From Candidatus Bathyarchaeia archaeon (lineage in GTDB: Archaea > Thermoproteota > Bathyarchaeia > Bathyarchaeales > Bathycorpusculaceae): 64,000 nucleotides of DNA. Positions within the stretch are counted from its first letter, which is position 1. Every line of letters starts with the position of its first letter. The notes below the pieces were generated by a model. It had not been told where the DNA came from. It did not search any database and was given only the letters and a program-made list of their open reading frames with translations. Both the position numbers and the translations under genes were made by a program. The stretch spans positions 1 to 64,000 of the forward strand of contig JBEKWR010000003.1 in assembly GCA_049512935.1 (NCBI GenBank), read 5' to 3'. Positions 9,867-20,234 of this stretch are shown here, in pieces.

Positions 9867-10259
9867 CAAAACAATAATGTTTCAGAGCCGAGTTGAATGC
9901 ACAAAAAATTTTAGCTGAAAAACTCATCGAAAAATCCCCGCCATATTATGGTGTAAACCCGCCAAAATTGGTTAAAACGCTGCGAATACGCGCGGTTTTC
10001 ACGTTGAATTCCTTCACAAACTTGACGCCTAAAGACCGTTTCCGCGGAGTTTTTAGCGGTTTCAAGCCCGTTTCATGCTTCTTATCGTTGAAAAATCACG
10101 AGTTTTTGAAGGGTTAGCTTCAAAATTTTGCCGCGAAAATTGAAGAGGCGGTCTTCCGTGACTGTGAATTCAAATTGTTGAACCAAAAGTGATAAACGCA
10201 ACCGAAACCACTCAACAGTTTAACTTTACTGTTCAAGATTAAGACTTAGGAAGAGATGC

Positions 10260-11870
10260 ATGAGCAAAGCTACTGAGATGGCGAAGGTTTCGGCGAGAGG
10301 CGGCTTTAATCTTATGTGGGGCTTAGCTGCTTCTACGGTCATCTCTTCCATAGGCATCATAGTCATAACTTACATTTTGGGGGCGCAAAACTACGGTTTA
10401 TACTCGATTGCCCTCGTTGGACCGACGTTGATTGCCACGTTCCGCGACTGGGGTGTTAACTCAGCCATGGTAAAGTACTCCGCGCAGTACAACGTTGAGG
10501 ACAAAGCCAAAATAAGAGGAATCCTTTTCTCAGGGATAGTTTTCGAGATCGCGTTAGGCTTATCGCTTACCCTTGTTTCGTTTGCTCTTTCTCCCTTTAT
10601 TGCCTCTAGCCTGCATCGTCCAGCGATGGTGCCGTTGATTCAAATCGCTTCTTTCTACATCTTGGCGGGTGCGTTGGTGAACTCTGCCACCGCCGCGTTC
10701 ACTGGACTGGAAATAATGCACCTCTACAGTTTCATGCTGATAATTCAGTCAACAGTTAAGACTGCGCTGATAATTTTGCTCGTGCTGCTTGGCTTCGGGA
10801 CTCTTGGAGCCATAACAGGTTACTCGGGCGCCTCGCTGATCGCTGGGTTGGCTGGTGTTTTTTTAGTCTGGGGCCTTTACAGGGGGCTGCCTAAATCATC
10901 CCGCAGCAGAACGGAAGTTTTTTCGACAATTAAAGTCATGTTACGTTACGGCGTGCCAGTTTCAATTGGCAACATACTTTCCGGATTCCTGTCGGTGTTC
11001 TACAGCTTCGTTCTGGCAATCTATGTTTCAAACAATGCTTTGATTGGAAACTACAACTTGGCGGTGAACTTCTCTATTTTAATTACTTTCTTCGCTACGC
11101 CGGTCACAACCATGATGTTTCCTGCGTTCTCAAAGCTGGACTTCAGGAAGGATCATGACACTCTTAAGAACGTCTTCCAATACTCGGTGAAGTACGCCTC
11201 GCTTGTCGTCGTGCCAGTCACCGCCTTGGTTATTACTCTTGCGGCGCCTGGTATTAGAACTATTTATCAAAACAGTTATGCCGAGGCGCCGTTGTATTTG
11301 GCTTTGCTTTCAGTGACTTATCTTTACACTGCGTTGGGAAATTTGAGTATAAACAACTTGCTGAACGGGCAAGGTTTCACTAAGATTAGCATGTACCTTT
11401 CTCTTATTACATGCGCAATTGGTTTCCCAGTTGGTTTCCTGCTAATTTCTCACTTCGGCGTTGTGGGGTTGATTGTGACGACGTTAACTGTCGGCTTGCC
11501 GAGTTTGTATGCAAGTTTGGCTATCATTAAAAGGAGGTTTAGAGTTTCGGTGGATTGGGTGTCCTCCGCTAAAATTTTGTTTTCGTCAGCCATAGCCTCC
11601 ATTCTGACGTACTTTATAATCTCGGAAGTTCCCCTAACCGTGTTGAGGTTGGATGTTTGGAAGATCGCTTTGCATGTTTCAGTTGCGTTGCAGCAGTTGA
11701 TTGTCGGGTTGATCGCTTTTGTGATAATTTTTATTCTGGCGGCTGTTGCTACTCGTACACTCGATAAAGCCGATGTGTTTTCTCTTCAGCAAATTTCTGA
11801 TGCGCTTGGACCTCTTCGTCGGCCTTTACGTTTTCTGTTTAAAGTGATTGCAAAATTAATGGGCGGGTAA
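10260..11870 (+). CDS. Oligosaccharide flippase (Wzx/MOP family)
   Basis: Multi-TM 536-aa protein inside a sugar-nucleotide locus; LGAQNYGLYS and MFPAFS patterns. Confidence 0.8.
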   Translation: MSKATEMAKVSARGGFNLMWGLAASTVISSIGIIVITYILGAQNYGLYSIALVGPTLIATFRDWGVNSAMVKYSAQYNVEDKAKIRGILFSGIVFEIALGLSLTLVSFALSPFIASSLHRPAMVPLIQIASFYILAGALVNSATAAFTGLEIMHLYSFMLIIQSTVKTALIILLVLLGFGTLGAITGYSGASLIAGLAGVFLVWGLYRGLPKSSRSRTEVFSTIKVMLRYGVPVSIGNILSGFLSVFYSFVLAIYVSNNALIGNYNLAVNFSILITFFATPVTTMMFPAFSKLDFRKDHDTLKNVFQYSVKYASLVVVPVTALVITLAAPGIRTIYQNSYAEAPLYLALLSVTYLYTALGNLSINNLLNGQGFTKISMYLSLITCAIGFPVGFLLISHFGVVGLIVTTLTVGLPSLYASLAIIKRRFRVSVDWVSSAKILFSSAIASILTYFIISEVPLTVLRLDVWKIALHVSVALQQLIVGLIAFVIIFILAAVATRTLDKADVFSLQQISDALGPLRRPLRFLFKVIAKLMGG

Positions 11871-11969
11871 TGATTCGGCGAATTGATAGGGGTTGGTTTT
11901 GGCGGCGGTGTTTAACGTAAGCTTTAAGTGGAAAAAACGGGTCATAGTTTAAACCATAATTGAGTTGGG

Positions 11970-13034
11970 ATGTTCATGAAGGCGCTTGTCCTCAGCGGCG
12001 GCAAAGGCACCAGGCTTAGGCCCTTAACCTTCACCTGCGCTAAGCAGCTTATTCCAGTGGCTAACAAGCCTATTTTAGGGTACGTTCTTGACCAGGTGGC
12101 GGCGACCTCGATAAGAAAGGTGGGCGTTATCACCGCGCGTGAGACGGGGCAGTACGTTAAAGATTACGTCAGCGACGGTTCAGCTTGGAATCTTTCCGTT
12201 ACTTATATTCCTCAGGAACCGCTTGGTTTAGCGCATGCTGTTAAGACTGCCGGGCGGTTTTTGGGGCAAGACTCTTTTGTCATGTGCTTGGGCGACAACC
12301 TTACGGGTCAGGGTTTAAACTCGTTTATCAAGAAGTTTAAAAGTGAGCATCTTGACGCGCTCATCATTCTAAAGTACGTTGATAACCCCTCCAGTTTTGG
12401 CATTGCTCAGCTTGATGAAAAAGGATGCATCGTTAAGCTTGTCGAGAAGCCTAAGACGCCGATGGGAAATCTTGCCATCATCGGCACGTACCTGTTCAGC
12501 GGCAAGGTTCATCAGGCTATTGAGAGAATTAAGCCTTCTTGGCGGGGCGAGTTAGAAATTACCGATGCCATTCAAGAAATGATAAACCTGGGCTTCAGGG
12601 TCAAGGCTGAAATCTTGAACTCATGGTGGTTGGACACGGGCAAGAAGGATGATATTTTGTCGGCGAACGCGAAGGTGCTTGACGAGTACATCACGCTTGA
12701 CGTGAAGGGAGAAGTGGTTAACAGTTCGATAGACGGCAGAGTTAAGGTTGAACCTGAAGCTAAGATCGTGAACAGCACTGTCAGGGGGCCATGCGTTATT
12801 GGCAAGAACGTGTCGATTGAAAACTCCTTCATTGGACCTTACACGAGCATTGGTAACGGGTCGGTAATCGTTGACTCTAACGTTGAATACTGCGTCATAC
12901 AAGAGAACGTCACGGTCAGAGGCATAGTGCGCCTGGAGGAAAGCTTAATCGGAAAAAACGCCAAGGTCACAAGGAACCAGCGGAACGGAACCATAAAATT
13001 GCATGTTGGCGACTTCTCGGAACTGGAGGTTTAA
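11970..13034 (+). CDS. rmlA: Glucose-1-phosphate thymidylyltransferase (long form)
   Basis: LSGGKGTRLRPLT, AKQLIPVANKP, RGELEITD, C-terminal left-handed beta-helix. Confidence 0.9.
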   Translation: MFMKALVLSGGKGTRLRPLTFTCAKQLIPVANKPILGYVLDQVAATSIRKVGVITARETGQYVKDYVSDGSAWNLSVTYIPQEPLGLAHAVKTAGRFLGQDSFVMCLGDNLTGQGLNSFIKKFKSEHLDALIILKYVDNPSSFGIAQLDEKGCIVKLVEKPKTPMGNLAIIGTYLFSGKVHQAIERIKPSWRGELEITDAIQEMINLGFRVKAEILNSWWLDTGKKDDILSANAKVLDEYITLDVKGEVVNSSIDGRVKVEPEAKIVNSTVRGPCVIGKNVSIENSFIGPYTSIGNGSVIVDSNVEYCVIQENVTVRGIVRLEESLIGKNAKVTRNQRNGTIKLHVGDFSELEV

Positions 13035-13096
13035 CCCGAAAACATAACAACTATTATAAACATTGTTATGAGAATTAGTGTCAAGGGAGCGCTGTA

Positions 13097-13600
13097 ATGT
13101 TACAAGGGGTAAGGGTTAAGCCAGTAAGTAGGTTGCCTGATGAACGCGGCTTTTTCTCTGAGGTTATGCGTAAGGATTGGAAAGACCTGTTCGGGGAAGA
13201 CGCTGTTGCTCAAGCGAATCTTTCATCGACTTATCCAGGAGTCATTCGAGCGTGGCATCGCCATCTCAGGGGGCAGACAGATTATTTTCTATTGCTTAAA
13301 GGCGCGATAAAAATCTGCGCTTTCGACGACAAAACCCAAGAGCTCAACGAAGTTGTCTCAAACGCTTTAAACCTGCAGCTTGTGCGCGTGCCTGGCAGCT
13401 ACTGGCACGGTTTCAAGGCGCTCGGTGACGAATCTGCCATGCTGCTTTACTTTACAACCAACCTGTATGACCCTGCCAACCCTGATGAGGAACGCAGGCC
13501 GTGGAATGACTCGTCGCTTGTTCCTAAAATAATAAACGGCAAGAAAGACGATGTGCGTGTCGGTAAAACGTGGGACTGGAATCTCCCAGCTCACAGGTGA
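13097..13600 (+). CDS. rmlC: dTDP-4-dehydrorhamnose 3,5-epimerase
   Basis: DERGFF, GVIRAWH, WHGF; operon position. Confidence 0.9.
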   Translation: MLQGVRVKPVSRLPDERGFFSEVMRKDWKDLFGEDAVAQANLSSTYPGVIRAWHRHLRGQTDYFLLLKGAIKICAFDDKTQELNEVVSNALNLQLVRVPGSYWHGFKALGDESAMLLYFTTNLYDPANPDEERRPWNDSSLVPKIINGKKDDVRVGKTWDWNLPAHR

Positions 13601-13606
13601 TTAACC

Positions 13607-14614
13607 ATGAGATTGTTAGTTACTGGCGGTTTAGGGTTTATCGGTAGCAATTTTTGTAGGCTCATACTTGAGAAGTATCCTGACTACGAAGTGATCAACG
13701 TTGATAAGATGGGCATAGGCGCTAACCCGGCTAACCTTCACGGCGTTGAAAACGACAAGAGGTACACGTTCATTAAGGGTGATGTCTGCAATCCGCAGCT
13801 GATTAACAGGCTGATCCATCAGGTTGACGCCATCGTTAACTTCGCGGCGGAGACGCATGTGGACAGAAGCATCGCTGACCCCAACGTGTTTCTGCAGAAC
13901 AATACGGTCGGCACCTTCACGGTTTTAGAAGCCATACGCAGGCACAGTCATAAAGTGAGGCTTTTGCAGGTGTCCACTGACGAGGTTTACGGTGAAGCGC
14001 TTGAAGGATCATTCACGGAGCATGAACCGCCTAAACCGTCTAATCCTTACTCCGCTTCCAAAGCCGCCGCTGACATGTTTGTCCTCTCATACCATAAAAC
14101 TTACAATTTGAACGTAACCGTTACGCGGTGTACAAACAACTTCGGTCCATACCAGCTGCCTGAGAAGCTCATTCCGAAAACCATTATCCGCGCGCTGAGG
14201 GATCTCCCGATACCGATCTACGGGTCTGGGCAAAACGTTCGAGACTGGATTTACGTGCAGGATCATTGTGAAGCCATCGCGACGGTTCTTGAGAAAGGCG
14301 TGGCAGGCGAAGTTTACAACATTTCAGCTGGAAACGAAATTCCCAACTTGGAGATCGCGAAGAAAATCATTGCTTTGCTGAATAAGCCTGAAAGTTTGAT
14401 AGGTTTCGTGGAGGACCGTCCGGGGCACGATACAAGGTACAGTTTGGATTCTACGAAGATAAGAACCAGTTTGAGTTGGCAGCCGAAGTGCAGTTTTGAA
14501 GAGTCGTTGCAGTCCACTGTGAAGTGGTATCTTGAGAACGAGCACTGGTGGGCGCCGTTTGCCAACGACGTGATTCTTCACCCTACACCTTGGAAACTCG
14601 GCGATATGCATTGA
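13607..14614 (+). CDS. rmlB: dTDP-glucose 4,6-dehydratase
   Basis: AAETHVDRSI, STDEVYG, YSASKA, DRPGHD. Confidence 0.95.
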   Translation: MRLLVTGGLGFIGSNFCRLILEKYPDYEVINVDKMGIGANPANLHGVENDKRYTFIKGDVCNPQLINRLIHQVDAIVNFAAETHVDRSIADPNVFLQNNTVGTFTVLEAIRRHSHKVRLLQVSTDEVYGEALEGSFTEHEPPKPSNPYSASKAAADMFVLSYHKTYNLNVTVTRCTNNFGPYQLPEKLIPKTIIRALRDLPIPIYGSGQNVRDWIYVQDHCEAIATVLEKGVAGEVYNISAGNEIPNLEIAKKIIALLNKPESLIGFVEDRPGHDTRYSLDSTKIRTSLSWQPKCSFEESLQSTVKWYLENEHWWAPFANDVILHPTPWKLGDMH

Positions 14615-15498
14615 AGCTTTTAATCACTGGCGCCAGCGGCCTTTACGGTTCGAAACTGGCAAAAACGGCGATTGAAAAGAACGTTGAAGTTTTTTCGTGC
14701 GATGTTCAAGAGTCGCTGGTCTGCGGGAACTTCGTCAAGTTTGACGTTTCAAACAAAGAACAGGTTGCCGAAGCGTTCAAGCGGGTTAAGCCCGACGTTG
14801 TAATCCACGCCGCCACCCTTACCGACGTTGACAAGTGCGAGTTGAACAAGGAGTTTGCCTGGAAAATCAACGTTGAAGGCACCAGAAACATCGTTGAATC
14901 AGCCAGAAACGCGGGTTCTTTTCTGATGTACATTTCAACCGACTACGTTTTTAACGGCGAAAAAGGCATGTACACCGAGCAGGATAATCCTGACCCGATA
15001 AACTATTACGGGTTAACCAAGCTCAAAGCTGAGGAACTGGTCAAGGCTTCAGGTGAGTACTTCATCGCCCGGCCAAGCGTCATCTACGGTTCGACTCCCG
15101 CCCTTGGAAAAGTCAACTTTGCCCTTTGGCTAATCGAAACCCTCCGCAAAGGCGAACGCGTCAAGATTGTTACCGACCAGTGGAACACGCCTACGCTGAA
15201 CACGAGTCTGGCTGAAATGACGCTGGAGGCTGCGATGCGCAGTCTAACTGGAACTTTCCACTTGTGCGGCGCCACGCGGGTCAGCCGATTGGAGTTCGCG
15301 CAGCTAATCGCTGAAACCTTTGGCTTAGACAAGAGGCTTATTGATCCCGTCTTGTCTTCTCAATTCAGTTGGCCTGCTAAGCGGCCGATGGATTCCTCGC
15401 TTGACACCACAAAGGCTCAGCAGACGCTGAAAAACCAGCCGCTTGAGATTTATGAAGCGCTGAAACGTTTGAAACTTGAACTTACGGGGAACAGTTGA
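14611..15498 (+). CDS. rmlD: dTDP-4-dehydrorhamnose reductase
   Basis: TTG start overlapping the rmlB stop; ITGASG, STDYVFNG, YGLTK, AKRP. Confidence 0.92.
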   Translation: MKLLITGASGLYGSKLAKTAIEKNVEVFSCDVQESLVCGNFVKFDVSNKEQVAEAFKRVKPDVVIHAATLTDVDKCELNKEFAWKINVEGTRNIVESARNAGSFLMYISTDYVFNGEKGMYTEQDNPDPINYYGLTKLKAEELVKASGEYFIARPSVIYGSTPALGKVNFALWLIETLRKGERVKIVTDQWNTPTLNTSLAEMTLEAAMRSLTGTFHLCGATRVSRLEFAQLIAETFGLDKRLIDPVLSSQFSWPAKRPMDSSLDTTKAQQTLKNQPLEIYEALKRLKLELTGNS

Positions 15499-15557
15499 TT
15501 AAAGGCGCAAATGTTATGTTCAAGTCCCCAAATCATCTTGTTGTTTGTGAAGGCTAA

Positions 15558-15920
15558 ATGAAGCAGACCAGCATCAAGCAAATTGCGAGACAGCGAATCA
15601 AAGTGTTGTTCGATGAAGCAAAGAGCATCAGCAAAAGTGAACCCAAATTAGCCGCGCAGTACGTTAAAACAGCCCGCAGGATCGCCATGGCTGCAAGGAT
15701 CCGCCTGCCCGTTGACTTTCGCCGTGAAACATGCAAAAGCTGCAACGCCTTGCTTGTGCAGGGTTACAACTGCAGGGTAAGGGTAAAGCAGAAAAGGGAG
15801 CCTCACGTGGTAATAACCTGCTTAAACTGCGGCAACCAAACCCGCATAATGTTAAGAAAGAGAATGGAGCAAGAGCATATTGAGCACCAAAATAAAGACA
15901 CGAATGAAACAACATGTTAG
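15558..15920 (+). CDS. rnp4: Ribonuclease P protein component 4 (Rpp21)
   Basis: IARQRIKVLF, CKSC...CLNCG zinc ribbon. Confidence 0.9.
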   Translation: MKQTSIKQIARQRIKVLFDEAKSISKSEPKLAAQYVKTARRIAMAARIRLPVDFRRETCKSCNALLVQGYNCRVRVKQKREPHVVITCLNCGNQTRIMLRKRMEQEHIEHQNKDTNETTC

Positions 15921-16182
15921 GCACGTTTTAAAGGACGAAAACCCCACCATCTGGGTCGGCAAAGAAGGCTTAACCCCGCAGTGCACAGGTGAGATTGAAA
16001 AGCAACTGCAGAAAAACAAGATGGTCAAAGTCAGAATTTTACCCGCCGCCCTTCAGGCTGAAAACACGGCGCAGTCAATAGCATGTAAAGCCGCAGAGGC
16101 AACCAGCGCCGCTCTGGTGGAAGTCAGAGGTCACGTGTTCATTCTTTTCAGAAAACGCAAAACCGCAGAAACTGCTGAATAG
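15880..16182 (+). CDS. YhbY/CRM RNA-binding protein
   Basis: PTIWVGKEGLT, MVKVRIL, VRGHVFILFR; conserved position after rnp4. Confidence 0.88.
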   Translation: MSTKIKTRMKQHVRHVLKDENPTIWVGKEGLTPQCTGEIEKQLQKNKMVKVRILPAALQAENTAQSIACKAAEATSAALVEVRGHVFILFRKRKTAETAE

Positions 16183-16394
16183 ATTTTGCAAGCGCATTCC
16201 CAGCGGCAAATTCTTGACTCCACAGAGATTTTCTTGTTTTCAGGTAAGTTTTGATTCACCGAGTTTTTCATAATTTAACTGTCGGGATGCTGGATCGGCA
16301 TTGCGATAAAACTTCATTTCTTCGGCTGAAGGAGTGTAAAAAAACTGTTCAAAGCATACTTGCTAAACTAGGTCGATTCGGGGCCGCCCGCAAC

Positions 16395-17270
16395 TTACTC
16401 CTTAAGAAGCCTTCCAAGCAAGGCTGCAACATCGCTTGGCTTCTCCGCAACGTTCACGCCAACGCTTTGGAACGCCTCGATTTTGCTCTGCGCCGTTCCT
16501 TGGCTGCCCGCTATTATCGCTCCCGCATGACCCATCCTCTTGCCGCTCGGCGCAAACCGCCCCGCCACGTAAGCCACAACAGGCTTAGGATAACGCGTCT
16601 CAGCTATGTACTGCGCCGCTAACTCTTCCATGTTGCCGCCGATTTCCCCGATCAAAGCAACAACCTTCGTCTTCGAGTCAGCCTTGAACAGTTCTAAGGC
16701 TTCGATGAAGTTAAAGCCGACAATTGGGTCGCCGCCGACGCCAACGCAGGTTGACTGCCCCAAACCGTAGGCTGTAAGCGCAGCGGCAATCTCGTAGGTT
16801 AATGTGCCGCTTCTGGAAACCAGCCCAACGCTGCCTTGCGCGAAAACATCAGCTGGCATTATTCCAAGTTTGCATTCTCCAGGCGTTATGACTCCGGGCG
16901 TGTTTGGACCGATGATGGTAACTTGCGTTTGAGCCGCCTCAGCCAAAACGTTTACTGCGTCTCTCACTGGCAGATGCTCCGTGACTACGACAACCGTTTT
17001 GATTCTGTTGGCGACAGCTTCCGAAACCGCGTCCTTGGCAAAAGGCGCAGGCACAAAAACTATCGTGGCATTAGGCGAAAACCTCTCCACCGTTTCACTA
17101 ACCGTGTCAAAAACGGGCAATCCGCTGACGAACGTGCCGCCTTTGCCAGGAACCACTCCCGCTACGATTTTGGTGCCGTAATCCAGCATCAACTTGGTCT
17201 GTAGGCTGCCTTGCTTCCCAGTAGCGCCTTGAACAATCGCCCTTGTGCCAGAATCGACAAGTATTCCCAT
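16395..17270 (-). CDS. sucD: Succinyl-CoA synthetase alpha subunit
   Basis: QGATGKQG, IGPNTPG, SRSGTLTYE, KRMGHAGA (phospho-His). Confidence 0.95.
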   Translation of the reverse strand: MGILVDSGTRAIVQGATGKQGSLQTKLMLDYGTKIVAGVVPGKGGTFVSGLPVFDTVSETVERFSPNATIVFVPAPFAKDAVSEAVANRIKTVVVVTEHLPVRDAVNVLAEAAQTQVTIIGPNTPGVITPGECKLGIMPADVFAQGSVGLVSRSGTLTYEIAAALTAYGLGQSTCVGVGGDPIVGFNFIEALELFKADSKTKVVALIGEIGGNMEELAAQYIAETRYPKPVVAYVAGRFAPSGKRMGHAGAIIAGSQGTAQSKIEAFQSVGVNVAEKPSDVAALLGRLLKE

Positions 17271-18418
17271 TACCGTTTCGCCTCCGCTGCAAACGCGACT
17301 GCCTGCTTCGCCGCTTCCTCCATGTTCTCCAAAACGCTTACTCCAGCATCCGCAAGAATCCTTTGCCCCTCCCGCTGGTTTGTGCCGAGGAGCCTGACAA
17401 CCAACGGCTTCTTAACCTTGACGTTTTTGGCGGCTTCAACTATGCCAAGTGCAACCTCGTCGCAACGCGTTATCCCCCCAAGAACGTTGACTAGCACCGC
17501 CTTAGTGTCAGGGTCAGCCAAAACGATTTCTAAAGCCGTCTTAATAGCCTCCATGCCTGCCCCGCCTCCCATATCCAAAAAGTCCGCTGGCTTGCCCCCG
17601 AAAAGATTCAGTAAATCAAGCGTAGCCATAACCAAACCCGCTCCGTTGCCCACGACGCCGATGTCGCCATCCAGCTTAACAAAAGCCAGATTGTTCTTTT
17701 TAGCCAAAGCCTCCTGCGGCGAGAGTTCCTGCGCTTCTTCTTTTTCGTACTCGGGATGCCTAAACAACGCGTTGTCGTCGATTACTATTCGCGCGTCGGC
17801 AGCCACAAAACTTCCACTCTCCGTTTCCGCTAAAGGATTGATCTCAGCGGTTTCAGCGTCACTTTCAACGCATGCAAAGTAAAGTTTCTGAATGACGCCT
17901 GACAATTCCAAGAGTTGACTGCCGCTGTAGCCTAACTTTTTCGCCACGGCTAAAGCGTCAAAAGAACGCATGCCTGCTTGGTAATCAACCATGGTTCTGA
18001 TTATGGCTTCAGGCGTTTTCTCCGCTACCTCCTCGATTTCCATGCCTCCCATTGCAGAGGCTAAGGCAACGTAGCTGCGGTTAGAACGGTCAACCGTGAA
18101 GCCGACGTACAATTCATTCCTGATTGATAGTTTCTCCTCGATTAACACTTGATTAACTGGCAACCTCTTCACTTGTGCACCGAGAAGTTTGGCTGCTGCT
18201 TCTTCCGCCTCAAAGGCTGACATGGCAGGCATGATTCCCCCAGCCTTCCCTCTCCCTCCCGCTGGAACCTGCGCCTTAACCATGTAAGGCGGCTTCAGAT
18301 TACTCAACGCAAGCGCTGTCTGCTTAGAATCATCGATCACCACGCCCTTTGGAATCGGGATACCATACCTGAGGAACACTTGCTTGGCTTCATTCTCGAT
18401 TAAATTCAAAACTATCAC
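17270..18418 (-). CDS. sucC: Succinyl-CoA synthetase beta subunit
   Basis: KAQVPAGGRGKAGG, EINPL, GNGAGLVMATLD, GGITRCD. Confidence 0.95.
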   Translation of the reverse strand: MIVLNLIENEAKQVFLRYGIPIPKGVVIDDSKQTALALSNLKPPYMVKAQVPAGGRGKAGGIMPAMSAFEAEEAAAKLLGAQVKRLPVNQVLIEEKLSIRNELYVGFTVDRSNRSYVALASAMGGMEIEEVAEKTPEAIIRTMVDYQAGMRSFDALAVAKKLGYSGSQLLELSGVIQKLYFACVESDAETAEINPLAETESGSFVAADARIVIDDNALFRHPEYEKEEAQELSPQEALAKKNNLAFVKLDGDIGVVGNGAGLVMATLDLLNLFGGKPADFLDMGGGAGMEAIKTALEIVLADPDTKAVLVNVLGGITRCDEVALGIVEAAKNVKVKKPLVVRLLGTNQREGQRILADAGVSVLENMEEAAKQAVAFAAEAKR

Positions 18419-18631
18419 TAAGTAGTCTGTAACCGTGACATAAGAATTTTTTTTCGCCAGTGCCTCTGCAGATTGGAAAAAGGCACGAAAGGAAATTGCG
18501 GCTGATGAAAAAATGAAGAGCGAACTCGTCGAGCAGCTGAAAGCACTGATTTAACGCTTTTCTTTTCGCCTCAAAAACGCTCTTTTTTATGCATCCACTG
18601 GTCTAAAGAACAGAATTGCGCTGCGAGGTGA

Positions 18632-19252
18632 TTGATAAAATCAGGGAAAAACGAAAAGACAGAAAAACAGACGCGACCAATATTAATCGTGATGACTGAA
18701 ACCTTGGGATTAAACTGTTTCTTTTCTGGAAAGACAATTCTAATCGATGCTTCAGGATGGGGCGACCTATTACTGGGGGTTGTGATAGGCGCGCTTAAGC
18801 CTCCAAACCCAATGCTGCTGGAACGCAGAATTCCCACAGCGTCCTTTCAGCCGCCGAACTTTGGCAACAAGAAATATTTGGATGACGCGGTGAGGATTGC
18901 CGATGAAATCGTCGAGGTCATGCAGCCTGACAGTGAAACTTGTTTCAAGGTTTCTTCAGAATACGTTTTGTCCCACGTAGTTGAGCACTTGCAAAACAGA
19001 GGGTTCACGGTTCAAAAGGTTGAATCTATCCTTGAACTTAAGCAAATGACTGAAAGCGCTTATGTCAGGTGGTGCGTTGAAAAGGGCGTGCCAAAAGAAA
19101 TGCTTCAAGACAAGAGACGCTTCTGGAGCTTTCTGGAGTGGGTCGCCGAGAGACCAAACTTGAGGGAAAGCCTTGTGAAAACTGGTTGGGCAAGTTGGGA
19201 AAAGAAGTGGCGAGAGGAAATTTTCAAGAAATCTTTAAACCTGCACAGCTAA
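18632..19252 (+). CDS. Hypothetical protein (RNase H-like N-terminal pattern IDASGWGD)
   Basis: 206-aa ORF; start uncertain. Confidence 0.6.
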   Translation: MIKSGKNEKTEKQTRPILIVMTETLGLNCFFSGKTILIDASGWGDLLLGVVIGALKPPNPMLLERRIPTASFQPPNFGNKKYLDDAVRIADEIVEVMQPDSETCFKVSSEYVLSHVVEHLQNRGFTVQKVESILELKQMTESAYVRWCVEKGVPKEMLQDKRRFWSFLEWVAERPNLRESLVKTGWASWEKKWREEIFKKSLNLHS

Positions 19253-19484
19253 GTGCTTCGCAAAAAACAAAAAATGGGTTTTCGGAATTGTGATTCCGCA
19301 AGCTTGGAGGGTTCAAATCTGGTCCGAGTGATTCCAGAGAGTAAACTGGCTCTTTATTTGTCGTACCAGTAGATAGAGAATTTCGAAGCGCAGGTTGGAT
19401 TCTTGCTTCGTACCCGGGGCGGGATTCTCTGGGCTTTTTGTTGTAGAACTTGTGCGGAGAGGGATGTTTCTTTGATTCGTGCGA

Positions 19485-19919
19485 TTAAGGTTTTTCACTT
19501 ATTTTTATTGCATATAATTCTGAGAATAGAGCGGTGAATGCCGATAGGAAACTTATCGCCATAGCCAATGAAAAATAGTTATCGCTGTTGTAAAGAGCGG
19601 GGATTGAAAAGATTTCTAAGAAAATTACGCCGTTTGCGATTGCGCTAATTATGAATATGACTGCTAGAACCGACAGCTTTAGGGCGAGCGAGTTTCTTGT
19701 CCTGAAGCTAAACCAAATAATTGCAATGGCAAAAGCAAGAATTAGCACGCCATTAATTATGTGTGCCAAAACTTCGAGCCCGCCCGAGTAAACAAAGAAT
19801 TTGAACGGAGCGTCAAGGGGGACATTTACGAATAAATTATTCCACATCCCGAAGCCGAACTGGACAAACAAGAGAAAAAGTTCAGCAATTATCAGCTTGC
19901 CTAAAACACCAAAACTCAT
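19485..19919 (-). CDS. Four-TM hypothetical membrane protein
   Basis: Four hydrophobic segments; ATG start. Confidence 0.65.
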   Translation of the reverse strand: MSFGVLGKLIIAELFLLFVQFGFGMWNNLFVNVPLDAPFKFFVYSGGLEVLAHIINGVLILAFAIAIIWFSFRTRNSLALKLSVLAVIFIISAIANGVIFLEIFSIPALYNSDNYFSLAMAISFLSAFTALFSELYAIKISEKP

Positions 19920-20102
19920 AACTATGGAGCAGTGGGCGACCTAAAAAAACCTTGCTGAATCGCTTAATATGCTATCTATCAAGCACATGACAACATGGAT
20001 GCGTCCGTTGAAATTCCTCTATTCTGACGGTTGCAAAAGTTTTTTTAGAAACGATAAAATTGGAGTTAAATAGAGAAATACTACCGTTTGAGCTTTAATA
20101 TT

Positions 20103-20234
20103 GTCAAGAGGTTTGTTGTTGACTACGTCAAGAAAGACCTGCGGATGGCTATGCTCATGACCTGCTGTGACTCGCTTGAAGAGGTCAGCCGCGAAATCCT
20201 GTTTTTAGACGAAAAGGAAGGGAAATTGAAGTGA
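20103..20234 (+). pseudogene. 3' remnant of an FMN-dependent alpha-hydroxy-acid dehydrogenase-like gene
   Basis: Reads [34 protein letters not shown]..., and its stop overlaps the sdhA ATG (TGATG). Confidence 0.5.

Noticed and set aside
9893-10117. 74-aa intergenic ORF
   Set aside because: No recognisable motif or start context; likely chance.
18460-18553. Short frame SADWKKARKEIAADEKMKSELVEQLKALI
   Set aside because: Looks like a gene tail but is too short to assign.
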